NCBI GenBank assembly: GCA_019421015.1
Contig: JAHZGC010000002.1
Span: forward strand, 156,436 to 220,435
DNA: 64,000 bases
Direction: 5' to 3'
Source of the DNA: Coriobacteriaceae bacterium
GTDB lineage: Bacteria > Actinomycetota > Coriobacteriia > Coriobacteriales > UMGS124
The notes below the pieces were generated by a model. It was given only the letters and a program-made list of their open reading frames with translations, was not told where the DNA came from and made no database searches. Below are positions 38,174-47,460 of this stretch, one piece after another (positions within the stretch are counted from its first letter, which is position 1; every line of letters begins with the position of its first letter). The translations under genes and the position numbers were made by a program.

Positions 38174-39523
38174 CTACTCAGCCTCATGCACCAACGCAAT
38201 CAGCTCCTCGCGCGACGAGATGCCCAGCTTCTGGTAGATGTTGTGCCTGTGGTACTTGGCGGTACTTTCGGATATGTGGAGCTGCGTGGCGATGGGCTTG
38301 AGGGGAAAGCCCTTGGCGAGCAAGACAAACACCTCCCTTTCGGTTTCGGTCAGACCGACGTTGCGGGCCAAGGCGTCGAGGGGGTCAGGAATCCCCTGGT
38401 CAGATATGATTGAAGGGACGGATGCAGCGGGTGCCTGTGGCCTGTGGGCCAAGCTCGTCTTGATAAATGCCGCCACAAAAATGGCCGCCATGAGCACCAG
38501 GGCAATGGCGCACCCGATGTTTTGGGGGATCACAAGGGCCAACAGGTTGGCCACCATGGTAACGAAGTAGACGGCTGCCCATCCACGCAGGGCAAACCGG
38601 TAGGTCATCGGGGCGCGGGCAAACCAGCCGAGGGCACTCAAAAACAATATCCAGTAGCCTGCATACATGCAGTTGATAAGGGTGGCCGGAGCCTGGTCAA
38701 AAACCAGGGCACAGCCCATCAAAACGCAGATGACCAGCGAGAGCAGGGCAAAGGGGATCTTGAGCTGGGGCAGTCCAACCAGCACGAGAAGTGCCAGGCA
38801 CGCAAGGGACGAGGCCGCCATGAGGGGAACGCCGGAGCCGAGGCCTACCGGAGCGTTGAACGAGACGATGCCGCTTGCAAAGCAGCAGAGCACGAAAGCC
38901 CCGCCCAGTAGAGGATTCTTAACGGGCGAGCCGCCGTTGCCTCCACGGCTCACGACAGCCTGGCCCTCCTGCAGCGCGGGACCCCGGAACCATCCCATGA
39001 TAAGGACTGCGAGCACGGGCAGAATCAGCGATAGCGCCAGCACGCCGATGCCGGTCGCGTCCGCAACCATGAGCGACGCAGCATAGGCAAGCGATGAGGC
39101 TCCAAAGAGCATCAGGAGCATGCGCAGCAGATCAGTCCTATACACCTCAAGCCACGTCGCCAATAGCAGCCCCTGGGCCGCCCCCAGCAAAACGCCTCCC
39201 GCAATGGGCTGCCAAGCAGTACTAAACACGCTGCCATAGGCGCACAGAATGCCAAGCACCATGGGAACGACAGCGCCCTTACCGGGGAGGGCCTTCTTTT
39301 TCGGGGGCTTATCTGCAGGCGACCTTCTCCAAAACGCAACGGCGACCAGCACCGCGGCTATGGCCGTTTGGATGGCGATAGGATACAGCGAACCCGTGAC
39401 CACCTCGGTGCCAAACACATGTGGCCCCGAGTTCCAACCGAGCATCGCCCAGAAAAAGACGAGCCCTAAGCTCAAGCCGCCTGAAAACGTAATCGAAATA
39501 CGTTTGCCTACGGTGTCGATCAT
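38174..39523 (-). CDS. Multi-TM LuxR-family transcriptional regulator
   Basis: The N-terminal region is hydrophobic and the HTH is LTETEREVFVLLAKGFPLKPIATQLHISESTAKYHRHNIYQKL. The start is MIDTVGK at 39523. It is a close paralog of 43453..44832. Confidence 0.85.
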   Translation of the reverse strand: MIDTVGKRISITFSGGLSLGLVFFWAMLGWNSGPHVFGTEVVTGSLYPIAIQTAIAAVLVAVAFWRRSPADKPPKKKALPGKGAVVPMVLGILCAYGSVFSTAWQPIAGGVLLGAAQGLLLATWLEVYRTDLLRMLLMLFGASSLAYAASLMVADATGIGVLALSLILPVLAVLIMGWFRGPALQEGQAVVSRGGNGGSPVKNPLLGGAFVLCCFASGIVSFNAPVGLGSGVPLMAASSLACLALLVLVGLPQLKIPFALLSLVICVLMGCALVFDQAPATLINCMYAGYWILFLSALGWFARAPMTYRFALRGWAAVYFVTMVANLLALVIPQNIGCAIALVLMAAIFVAAFIKTSLAHRPQAPAASVPSIISDQGIPDPLDALARNVGLTETEREVFVLLAKGFPLKPIATQLHISESTAKYHRHNIYQKLGISSREELIALVHEAE

Positions 39524-39714
39524 ACTGCCCCTTTGCCCTTGGTGCCATACGGCTGCACCGAAGTATACAGCGGGGAAGAACGTAGGATCGCGGGCGGCGC
39601 AGGGCGAGGTGCCGGCCGACATGGTGGGTGTCGCCCGGCACCTCGGGGGGATGTCGAGGGGATGTCCGGCCTGTGGGGTCTATCGGTTGGCAGCCAACCG
39701 CCGCACCAAGCCCG

Positions 39715-41451
39715 TTACTCCCAAGGCTGCAGGGTCGCGATGTGGTTGGCGGCCACGTAGCCCACTACAAAACCGTTCACGATGGCGGTGCCGCCGATGG
39801 CATAGGCGCGGCCCATAGGGCTGGCGATGCAGTTGGAGGCGGCGTAGAGGCGCGGGATGACCTGGCCGCGCACGTTCTTGACCTGGGCGTTGCCGTTGAT
39901 CTCCATGCCGCCAGAGGTCGAGAGCATGCCGGGATAGAGCTCCACACAGTAGTAGGGGCCCTCCTCCGCAAGCGGGGCCATAGAGGGGTTCTTGAGCTCG
40001 CCCGACTCCACGCGGCTCACGTCGCCGGCGGTGTACATGTCCCAAGTGGCCTCGCCGCGGCACCAGTCCTTGTCGACACCCTCCTCGCACATGGCGTTCC
40101 AGCGTTCGACGGTGTGGAGCAGGTTCTTCTTGTCGATGCCCATGCCGTCGGCCAGGTCCTCCATGGTTTCGAAGGTATGGACCCACTCGGGGAACTCGCC
40201 GCTCTCGACCATGGACGCGAGCGTGGGAGTCGCGTTGCCAAAATTGCCGTCGAAGGTACTGTCGACAATCACATAGCCGGGGATGTTGCGCCATTCACGG
40301 CGCCCGGTATCGTAGGCGTCCCAAGCGCGACCAAACAGATCGTAACTAGCGCCCTCGCACACAAAGCGCTCGCCATGACGGTTCACGATGATGCTGCCCA
40401 CGTGGCCGGGAGTGATCCAGATGGGGTTCTGTTGTTCGGAGTTGGTCAGGCCATTGTCGAGATCCAGGTTGCACGACACGTAGCGGTCGGGCTCACCCGC
40501 CATGTTGAAGCAGTGGTTAAAGACCTCGTTCATGTTGCGCATGTTGGCGCCGAGCTCCATGGCCATGATGTGGCCGTCGCCGGTGTTGGTGGGCACGCAG
40601 CAGCTGGTGTAGATGGGGTGGTTGATGTAGTGCTGCACCATCTCGCGGTTGTGGTCAAAGCCGCCGGTGCCCAGGACCACCGCGTAGCGGGCCTTGATGG
40701 CGATGGGCTCGCCCTCGGGGGTCTCGGCCCATACGCCGATGACCTCGCCGTCGCCCAGGGCTGGGTTGCCGGCGTAGATGAGCTTGGTGGCCGGGGTGCC
40801 CATGAGCACCTCGATGCCGCGGGCGTCGACGGCGTCCTTGGAGAAGGCCTGGATGGCGCGGCCCATGAACGTGCCCGTGGGCTCGTGCATGCCGATGAAC
40901 ACGCTCACGCCGGTGTCGGAGTACTCGTCGGTGATCGGGGTGCCCGGGTAGTAGAAGTTGTAGGACTTTCCGGGCGACGGCTCGGCGGAGGTCCAGTTGT
41001 AGTCGCACTCGTTGTTCAAGAAGTCCACGGCGGCCGGGCAGTTGTCGATCATCATGTCGATAAGCTCTTCGCTCGACTGGCCCTCGGCCACGTCCATGAG
41101 GTAGTCCTTGAGCATATCGCGGGGAATCTCGCGGTTGCCGAGCTCCAGGGCGCGAGTGGCGTTGGGGCACATCATGCCGCCGCCGCACAGGGCGGTCGAG
41201 CCGCCGAACCAGGTGGGGTGCTTCTCGAGCACCAGCACGTCGAGACCTGCGTCATGGGCACGCAGGGCCGCCGAGATGACCGAGCCTGAGCCAACGACCA
41301 CGACGTCGGTCTCGCGGTCCCACTTCTCGGGCATCCAGGGCTGGGCAGCCTGGCTTTCGTCGGCCACGGCGGTGCCTGCAACGGCAAGGGCGGCTGCGCC
41401 TGCGGCCAGTCCGGCACCCTGTACGAACGAGCGGCGGTTGAGCTGTTCCAT
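39715..41451 (-). CDS. Tat-exported FAD-dependent oxidoreductase (KstD/fumarate reductase-like)
   Basis: The Tat signal is MEQLNRRSFVQGAGLAAGAAALAVAG, the FAD fold is DVVVVGSGSV, and the C-terminal region is RLYAASNC. The start at 41451 has AAGGGGAG upstream. Confidence 0.9.
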   Translation of the reverse strand: MEQLNRRSFVQGAGLAAGAAALAVAGTAVADESQAAQPWMPEKWDRETDVVVVGSGSVISAALRAHDAGLDVLVLEKHPTWFGGSTALCGGGMMCPNATRALELGNREIPRDMLKDYLMDVAEGQSSEELIDMMIDNCPAAVDFLNNECDYNWTSAEPSPGKSYNFYYPGTPITDEYSDTGVSVFIGMHEPTGTFMGRAIQAFSKDAVDARGIEVLMGTPATKLIYAGNPALGDGEVIGVWAETPEGEPIAIKARYAVVLGTGGFDHNREMVQHYINHPIYTSCCVPTNTGDGHIMAMELGANMRNMNEVFNHCFNMAGEPDRYVSCNLDLDNGLTNSEQQNPIWITPGHVGSIIVNRHGERFVCEGASYDLFGRAWDAYDTGRREWRNIPGYVIVDSTFDGNFGNATPTLASMVESGEFPEWVHTFETMEDLADGMGIDKKNLLHTVERWNAMCEEGVDKDWCRGEATWDMYTAGDVSRVESGELKNPSMAPLAEEGPYYCVELYPGMLSTSGGMEINGNAQVKNVRGQVIPRLYAASNCIASPMGRAYAIGGTAIVNGFVVGYVAANHIATLQPWE

Positions 41452-41714
41452 GGTGTTCTCCCCTTTGCTTGTGGGGCGGCTGCTTGGCGGCCTCCCCGCT
41501 GGTCGTGTGTTCCCGGCGTGGCGTCGGGCTGGCACCATCATGGCGGGCGGGGAGGGGGAGCGCCCGAACTGCAAAGGGCAATTCTGCGGTGGGGGTCGTT
41601 GGCTTTTTTGGGTAGCAAAAATGGTGGGACGAAGTTGAGAATACCGCTAGGTACCTGGGGTTTTGGACGTTTTGGCTAGGTGGTTTTAAGGGTTGGGAGC
41701 GAGCTGGTCCCGCA

Positions 41715-41808
41715 GGCAGTTGCGTGCGGGCGGCAGGCGGATGCGCGCCAAAGCGGGGCCGCTGTGTACGCTCGGAAGCGCCAAAACCACCCCGCCGTGT
41801 ACGCTCGA
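41715..41808. repeat. Family A composite element, left part (interrupted by IS3)
   Basis: gccaaagcggggccgctgtgtacgc (41747-41771), then tcggaagc, then gccaaaaccaccccgccgtgtacgc (41780-41804). These are collinear with units 1-2 of the 38021 and 50275 copies. Confidence 0.8.
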
Positions 41809-43314
41809 GGGGGTGCGGACGCTTTCTTGGACGGCCTAGACGACCAGCCAGAGCCGCTTCCTGCGGCCCCCTATCGTGTCGCACGCGGTCCCGCCGCCCT
41901 CGCGGAAGGCCTTGAGGCGCCCCTCCCGGTACCAGGCTATGTACGAGGCGAGCTCGGCGGCGAAGCGCTCGGCGGTCCAGCCCGACCAGTCGCGCCCCCG
42001 GAAGAACTCGACCTTGAGCCTGCCGAAGAACCCCTCGCAGGCGGCGTTGTCGGGGGAGTGCCCCTTGCGCGACATCGACCTCACGAGCCCCAGGGCGGCG
42101 CAGGCCCCGACCCAGTCGGGCGTGCGGCAGCGCCGCCCCCTGTCGGAGTGGAGCACGCAGCCGCGCCGCGCGGCCGCCGCGACGCCCCCGAGCATCTCGG
42201 CGACGAGGGCCTTGGAGGGGCTCAGCCCCACGGAGAAGGCGGCCACGTCCCCGCCGAAGGGGTCGACCGCCGCCGACAGGTAGACCTTCCTCGGGTCGTC
42301 GGGGGAGGCGGAACTCCGTGGCGTCGGTGGCGATCACCTCGCCGGGCCGGGGCGCCGAGAAGTCGTGCAGGTCGCGCCCCTCGTCGACGAGCAGGAGGTT
42401 CGGGGCGCAGCGCAGGCCCTCCTCGCCGGCGTAGGAGCTGTAGGGCCGGGCCGCCGAGGCCGAGGAGCGGGCGGCCCGGCCCCTCCTCGCGCACGACGCG
42501 CCTCACCACCTTCTCCGAGACGACGACCGGCCGCGACGGGTCGAGCGAGGCCGCCCCGCGGGCGCGCCGGGGCTCCCCGGGGCCCGAGCGCAGGTCGGAC
42601 CACACGCGCCTGGGGCCGCAGGCCCCTCCCGAGGCCCCGAAGGAGGCGCGGACGAGCGGCCGGGGCGCCGCGTAGGGGTCGGGGGCCGAGGAGGCCGCCG
42701 CGCCGTAGTAGAAGGTGCTCCTCGGCAGGGAGAGCGCCCCGAGCACCCTAGCCAGCCCGAACCTGCCCCCCAGGGACGCCGCCAGCGCCGCCCTCTCCGC
42801 CGCCGTCAGGGCGGAAGGGTCGGCGCCGGGGTCTTTTTTTAGTATCTCGACCGTCCCGGCCAGGATCGCGTTCTCCAGCTCCAGCTCCTCGCAGCGCCGC
42901 CTGAGCGCCTCCAGCTCCGCGGGCGGCCCGGCGGGCTCGGGCGAGCGGACCCTCGCGTCCTCGTCGCTCATCAGCGCCAGCTCCCCCTCCTCGGCCAGCC
43001 GGCGCGCCCAGCCCCTGACGGCCGCGGCGCTCACGCCGCCCTCGGACGCCAGGTCCTCCGCGCGCTCGCCGGCCGGGAGGCGGGCGGCCAGGCCCCTCTT
43101 CCCGTCGTAGGGCAAGTATGCTGGCTCCTTGCGGGAGGCGTGGCCGGCGGCCCAGTGGCCCACCGTCGTCCGGGCGCACCCGACCAGCCCGGCGGCCTCG
43201 GCCTGCGTCCACCCCTCGGAGAGCGCCATCAGGGCGAGCTCCCTGTCTTCCTTAGAGTACATGCGGACTCCCAACCGGACACCTGCCAGTGTCCAACTTT
43301 TTGTCCGCACCCCC
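41809..43314 (-). mobile_element. IS3-family insertion sequence (about 1.5 kb)
   Basis: The imperfect terminal inverted repeats are GGGGGTGCGGAC-N6-TTGGAC (41809-41832) and its complement at 43291-43314. The interior encodes an HTH/leucine-zipper OrfA part and a DDE integrase part. No clear target-site duplication is visible. Confidence 0.8.
41836..43262 (-). pseudogene. IS3-family transposase (OrfAB) with two frame disruptions in the integrase part
   Basis: The first segment is MYSKEDRELALMALSEGW...ENAILAGTVEILKKDPG...VSEKVVRRVVREEG. It shifts near 42473-42484 to ...RPYSSYAGEEGLRCAPNLLLVDEG..VIATDATEFRLP. It shifts again at the G5 run 42301-42305 to ...KVYLSAAVDPFGGDVAAFSVG..HSDRG..SMSRKGHSPDNAACEGFF. 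Confidence 0.75.
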
Positions 43315-43404
43315 GATTGCTGTCAAAAAGGTGCTCGCGTGTACGCTATTTTGACCCCCGCACCGTACACAACGGGGTGGTTTTGGTATGCACGCGCACA
43401 CGCG
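43315..43404. repeat. Family A composite element, right part (after IS3)
   Basis: gtcaaaaaggtgctcgcgtgtacgc (43322-43346) is followed by the inverted unit cgtacacaacggggtggttttgg (43364-43386). The tail tatgcacgcgcacacgcg resembles the tail of the 38150 copy. Confidence 0.75.
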
Positions 43405-43452
43405 TTCACGGGAGGGCGTCCGGGCGCATGGACCGGCGGGGTTCTCGCCCTG

Positions 43453-44832
43453 CTATTCCGCCCTGTTCACTAGCTCGATAAGCTCCTCGCGCGATGAGAT
43501 ACCCAGCTTCTGATAGATATTGCGGCGGTGGTATTTGGCCGAGCTCTCCGAGAAGTGAACCTGTTCGGCGGCCCCCCGCAAGGAGTGGCCTTTGGCCAGG
43601 TAGCCAAGGATCTCGCACTCGGTGTCTGACAACTGATAGCTGTTTGCTATGTGCGCTATGCGGTCCTCTATGGGTGGCAGTGGGGTGCTATCCAAGGACG
43701 TGCCCAACGATGGGGCCTCGGGCTCGCGGGAGATGCTGGCGTCGAGAAACGCGATGACCAGGGCGGCCACCAAAAAGCCCAACGTCACGATGCCGGCCGA
43801 TTGCGCGTCGAGCGACTGCCCAACGGCGTTTGCCACCGCACTCGAGAGGTAGATCATCGCAAAGCCGCGCAGGCAGACGGGGGACATGAAGCCCTCTTGA
43901 GGGCGGACCTTGTCATAGAACCATGCCATCGAGTAGTACATGATCAGCCAGAATCCGGTGCGCGCAAAGCCCAGTGGCCACGCGCCCGTTTGCGGTGCCA
44001 CAAAAGACACGATGATGCAGAGGCAGACAACGGTCACCAGGCCGGAGAACAGGATTTCTCGCCGGGGTAGCCCCAGAAGCAGCAGGACCGATGCCAACGA
44101 CAGCGAGACTATGATCGATACATACGCGGGGACCCCAGTTGTTTGGCTGCTGTATGACACGATGCCGCTTGCGAAGTTGCACAGCAGAAGAGCGACCGTC
44201 TGAATCCAAAACGACCGCCGCGTTGTTAGGGTGCCTGATTGGCCGTAGGGGCTAGGGGGATCCTTGGGGGTCGGGATATCTGCGGTTCCAGCCGCATACG
44301 CGATGAGGCCAAGGAACGGCATGACAGACGACAGAACAAGAGCCGCGCCCCCTCCCAGCGCGCTGCCTTCGCACAAAACGCTGGCGAGGCAGCTTGCCAG
44401 TAGGAGCATCACCAAAAGGTCGGGGCCGTTGCCTCTGTAGCGGCCGAACCATAGGCGGGCAAAGAGGGCAAATCCGACACCGGTTACTCCGCCCGCGCAG
44501 ATGAGCAGGACGTCTACTCCCCATAGGGTGCCCGTGGTTCTAAAGACGATACTCAGGCCGGCGCACACCATGCAGGCCGCCAGAGACGAGGACCTCCTGT
44601 GCAAAAGCGATCTCAGGGGAGGCAGCGAGCACGCCAAGAATGCTAGACCGGCCGTTGCGCGCAGACAGAGCTGTGATGCCTGGCTGCCGGGCATGCTCGC
44701 ACCGATCGACACCCACCCAAAGAAGAGCGCGAGACTCAGCCAGAGTGCATAGGCACGCCTGAGCGACGCTCCGTTCAGGGATATCTCGATGCGCTCCATG
44801 AACCCACTCCGTTCGGCCAACAAATCGGTCAT
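43453..44832 (-). CDS. Multi-TM LuxR-family transcriptional regulator
   Basis: The N-terminal region is hydrophobic and the HTH is LSDTECEILGYLAKGHSLRGAAEQVHFSESSAKYHRRNIYQKLGISSREELIELV. An alternative start is MERIEISL at 44799. Confidence 0.85.
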   Translation of the reverse strand: MTDLLAERSGFMERIEISLNGASLRRAYALWLSLALFFGWVSIGASMPGSQASQLCLRATAGLAFLACSLPPLRSLLHRRSSSLAACMVCAGLSIVFRTTGTLWGVDVLLICAGGVTGVGFALFARLWFGRYRGNGPDLLVMLLLASCLASVLCEGSALGGGAALVLSSVMPFLGLIAYAAGTADIPTPKDPPSPYGQSGTLTTRRSFWIQTVALLLCNFASGIVSYSSQTTGVPAYVSIIVSLSLASVLLLLGLPRREILFSGLVTVVCLCIIVSFVAPQTGAWPLGFARTGFWLIMYYSMAWFYDKVRPQEGFMSPVCLRGFAMIYLSSAVANAVGQSLDAQSAGIVTLGFLVAALVIAFLDASISREPEAPSLGTSLDSTPLPPIEDRIAHIANSYQLSDTECEILGYLAKGHSLRGAAEQVHFSESSAKYHRRNIYQKLGISSREELIELVNRAE

Positions 44833-44906
44833 CAGCTGCTACCTTGCTGCAAAAGTCTTCGGCATCATAGTAACGCAGCCCTTGTTCCACGGGGTTTGCA
44901 ACCGGG

Positions 44907-44922
44907 GGTCAAACCGTTGACC
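44907..44922. promoter_or_regulatory. Dyad GGTCAA-N4-TTGACC in the divergent LuxR/flavoprotein intergenic region
   Basis: The sequence is ggtcaaaccgttgacc, about 75-90 bp upstream of the LuxR start. Its arms resemble those of the 50512-50532 palindrome. Confidence 0.25.
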
Positions 44923-45232
44923 TTTTTGGTTAAACCAGCAGGTAACAAGAGGCTTTTATCAATCTTTCCCGTGTCGCTTTTCTTTATGGGGCAAACTGCG
45001 GTGCACGGTTTTGCCCGAATAATTTGTCCCTTTGGTGCGTGCTTTGACCCGGGGGCCTCGCTCCATGATGGGCTCGGTCGCGGCGAGGCCCACGTATCTG
45101 AGGGTTCCACGCAACGCCGCGACAGTCGGCCGGGAGAACCGATGCGCACGGTGACCCCGGCATTTCCTGGCCTAGGGGCAAGGGCCCGTTCAATTGCTAC
45201 AGCCAATGGCATGTAAAGTAGGAGAGAAAACC

Positions 45233-46804
45233 ATGGAACTCAATCGTCGCTCGCTTGTAAAGACCGCCGCCGCCGCGGGTGGGGCCGCCGTTCTCGCCAG
45301 CCTGGGTGCCGCGAGTGCCCAGGCCTATGAGGCCGCCTCGTGGATGCCCGAGAGCTGGGACGCCGAGGCTGACGCGGTCATCATCGGCTACGGCGCGGCT
45401 GGCTCTGCCGCCGCCATCGACCTGGCCGACCTTGGCTTTACGTCGCTGCTCATCGAGAAGATGGACAAGGAGTATGCCGGCGGCGACTGCTCGGTCTGCG
45501 GCGGCTACCTGACCGACGGCGGCTTTACGCCCGAGGGCTATCGGGTCAGCTCCCTGGCTGGCGTCGACACCGCCTATGCCGAGGCCGTGGTGTCCGTTCT
45601 CAACGACGCCTGCAGCTACCTGGTGGGGCTGGGCGTCCCGCTGCAGGACGGCATCCCCGTGGTTGCCTCGGAGAACGGTGAGCCGTTCGGCCAGGTTCTC
45701 TACCACGTCCTCGAGGCCGCTGTCGAGGAGAGGGCCGACAAGATCACCGTCATGTACGAGACCCCTGGCATCGGCCTGGTGCAGGACCCCGTGACCGGCG
45801 AGGTGCTCGGCGTGGTGGCCGGTTCCAAGGAGGCCCCCATCTACCTTAAGGCCAACCGCGGTGTGGTGGTGGCAAGCGGCAGCTACGAGGCCGACCGTGA
45901 GATGACCAACCGCATCCACATGCCCGGCGTACTCTTCCCCACCATCGGATCGCCCGCCAACACCGGTGACGGCCTCAAGATGCTCATGAAGGCCGGCTGC
46001 AAAGCCCAGAATTTTGGCAAGTGCCTCGAATACGCCTGCATGGGTTCCAAGCAGGGCAGCGAAGAGGTGGATACCGGTCTTGCGTTCCCCAAGAGCATGG
46101 CTGCCGACAACTATATCTTCGTGAACTGCGCGGGCGAGCGTTTCATGAACGAGAAGGCCAACCTCCAGCACTCCAAGAACGACTACATCTTCCAGTGCAC
46201 CCGCTTTGAGGGAGGCCTGGGCTCCGGCATCGACGACACCCGCTACACCAACCTGCCTGCCTTCATCGTGTTCGACGGAGCCCTGCTTGAGGGCGGTCCT
46301 CTTGCCGGCACTCACGGCAACAACAACGGCTGGAACATCCACGGCATTTACAAGTGGAGCGAGGACAACCAGGCCGAGATCGAGAAGGGCTGGATCGTTA
46401 AGGCCGATACGCTGGAGGAGCTGGCCGAGAAGTGCCATGCCACCGATCTGTGGGGCCACGATCTGACCATCGACCCTCAGGGCCTTGCGGCGACCGTCGA
46501 GGCCTACAACGCCGCCGCCGAGGCTGGCGAGGACGCCGAGTTTGGTCGCCCCGCCATGGCGCCGCTGGGCGAGGGCCCCTACTACGCCATGGAGATCGTG
46601 CCCATCACGCTCTACGCCACCGGCGGCGCCGCGCATAACGAGCGCGCCCAAGCCATCGACTGGGCCGACGAGCCCATCGACCGACTCTACGTGGCCGGTC
46701 TTGTGGGTGACCCGTGGTCGCTGCACTCGTCCGCCGTTGTGGGTGCGGTGACCTGGGGCCGCATCGCTGCCGAACAGATTTCGCAGCTGGAGCCGTGGGC
46801 CTAA
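45233..46804 (+). CDS. Tat-exported FAD-dependent oxidoreductase (FAD_binding_2)
   Basis: The Tat signal is MELNRRSLVKTAAAAGGAAVLASLGAASAQA, the FAD fold is DAVIIGYGAAG, and the C-terminal region is RLYVAGLVG. AGGAGAG lies upstream of ATG 45233. Confidence 0.9.
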   Translation: MELNRRSLVKTAAAAGGAAVLASLGAASAQAYEAASWMPESWDAEADAVIIGYGAAGSAAAIDLADLGFTSLLIEKMDKEYAGGDCSVCGGYLTDGGFTPEGYRVSSLAGVDTAYAEAVVSVLNDACSYLVGLGVPLQDGIPVVASENGEPFGQVLYHVLEAAVEERADKITVMYETPGIGLVQDPVTGEVLGVVAGSKEAPIYLKANRGVVVASGSYEADREMTNRIHMPGVLFPTIGSPANTGDGLKMLMKAGCKAQNFGKCLEYACMGSKQGSEEVDTGLAFPKSMAADNYIFVNCAGERFMNEKANLQHSKNDYIFQCTRFEGGLGSGIDDTRYTNLPAFIVFDGALLEGGPLAGTHGNNNGWNIHGIYKWSEDNQAEIEKGWIVKADTLEELAEKCHATDLWGHDLTIDPQGLAATVEAYNAAAEAGEDAEFGRPAMAPLGEGPYYAMEIVPITLYATGGAAHNERAQAIDWADEPIDRLYVAGLVGDPWSLHSSAVVGAVTWGRIAAEQISQLEPWA

Positions 46805-46849
46805 GGCAGGCAAGGCGATAGGGCAAGGACGCGCCAGGTAGGCTGTGGG

Positions 46850-46886
46850 ACGGGGTGGCTCGTGTGCGAGCCGCCCCGTTTGCGTT
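46850..46886 (+). terminator. Intrinsic terminator after the 45233..46804 flavoprotein gene
   Basis: A 13-bp stem ACGGGGTGGCTCG / CGAGCCGCCCCGT (one G-U pair) has loop TGTG and is followed by TTGCGTT. Confidence 0.6.
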
Positions 46887-46932
46887 GGGGGTGACGTGGG
46901 GTGCGACCGCGTGCGATCGGGCGCCGAGCCCG

Positions 46933-47418
46933 CTACACCCCGCGCGTTTTGAGATCTTTAGCGATAGCGTCGAGGTCGGCCTTTTCAAACAGGCCGGTTA
47001 CCTCCTGTTGGCAGTGCACGCCCATCTTCTGGAACACATGGTGGCCATGGGTGTTCACGGTGCCGGCGGATATCATGAGCTCCTCCTGGATGCGGGCAGA
47101 GTTGTGTCCTGCTGCCAGCAACCTAAACACGTCCACCTCACGCTTTGTGAGACCGTAGCACTCGCCAATGAGGGTGCATCGTTTAAGGAAGGGGATTTTG
47201 GCCTGGAGAGCCACTCCCTGCGCGGTGTCTTCGCCCGTGCGAACGGCGCCGGCCACCTTGGTTCCTTCCGCCTCGTCGACCTCGCCATCATCCCAGAGCC
47301 TGTGACTCAGAGCCACAAGGTCGGCCATGGTAAGGATATAGCTCCGCAGGAGCGAAACGGCGACGATCGACAGCGACGACACCACCGTCAGCAGCCAGGG
47401 GTTGTGGCGTAGCCCCAT
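46933..47418 (-). CDS. Short single-TM LuxR-family protein (161 aa), possibly a truncated sensor
   Basis: It has one TM (MGLRHNPWLLTVVSSLSIVAVSLL) and the HTH LTKREVDVFRLLAAGHNSARIQEELMISAGTVNTHGHHVFQKM. The remainder of the 743-aa ORF is antisense to the molybdoenzyme relic. Confidence 0.6.
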   Translation of the reverse strand: MGLRHNPWLLTVVSSLSIVAVSLLRSYILTMADLVALSHRLWDDGEVDEAEGTKVAGAVRTGEDTAQGVALQAKIPFLKRCTLIGECYGLTKREVDVFRLLAAGHNSARIQEELMISAGTVNTHGHHVFQKMGVHCQQEVTGLFEKADLDAIAKDLKTRGV

Positions 47419-47460
47419 AAAGTGGACGGTGCGACCCAGGGCCGTGTCTCCTGCTGAGTT

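Noticed and set aside
39684-39698. The palindrome GGTTGGC-A-GCCAACC after the 39715 flavoprotein stop as a terminator.
   Set aside because: A one-nt loop cannot form a hairpin and no U-tract follows. It may be a coincidental dyad.
41680-42675. A plus-strand 331-aa ORF and other ORFs inside the IS3 element.
   Set aside because: These are Arg/Pro/Gly-rich shadow frames opposite the transposase coding strand.
42832-42842. The A7 tract (ILKK) in the IS3 transposase as a programmed -1 frameshift site.
   Set aside because: The protein-like sequence continues in the same frame across the tract. The frame changes I see lie about 360 and 530 nt further downstream, at G/C-rich sites.
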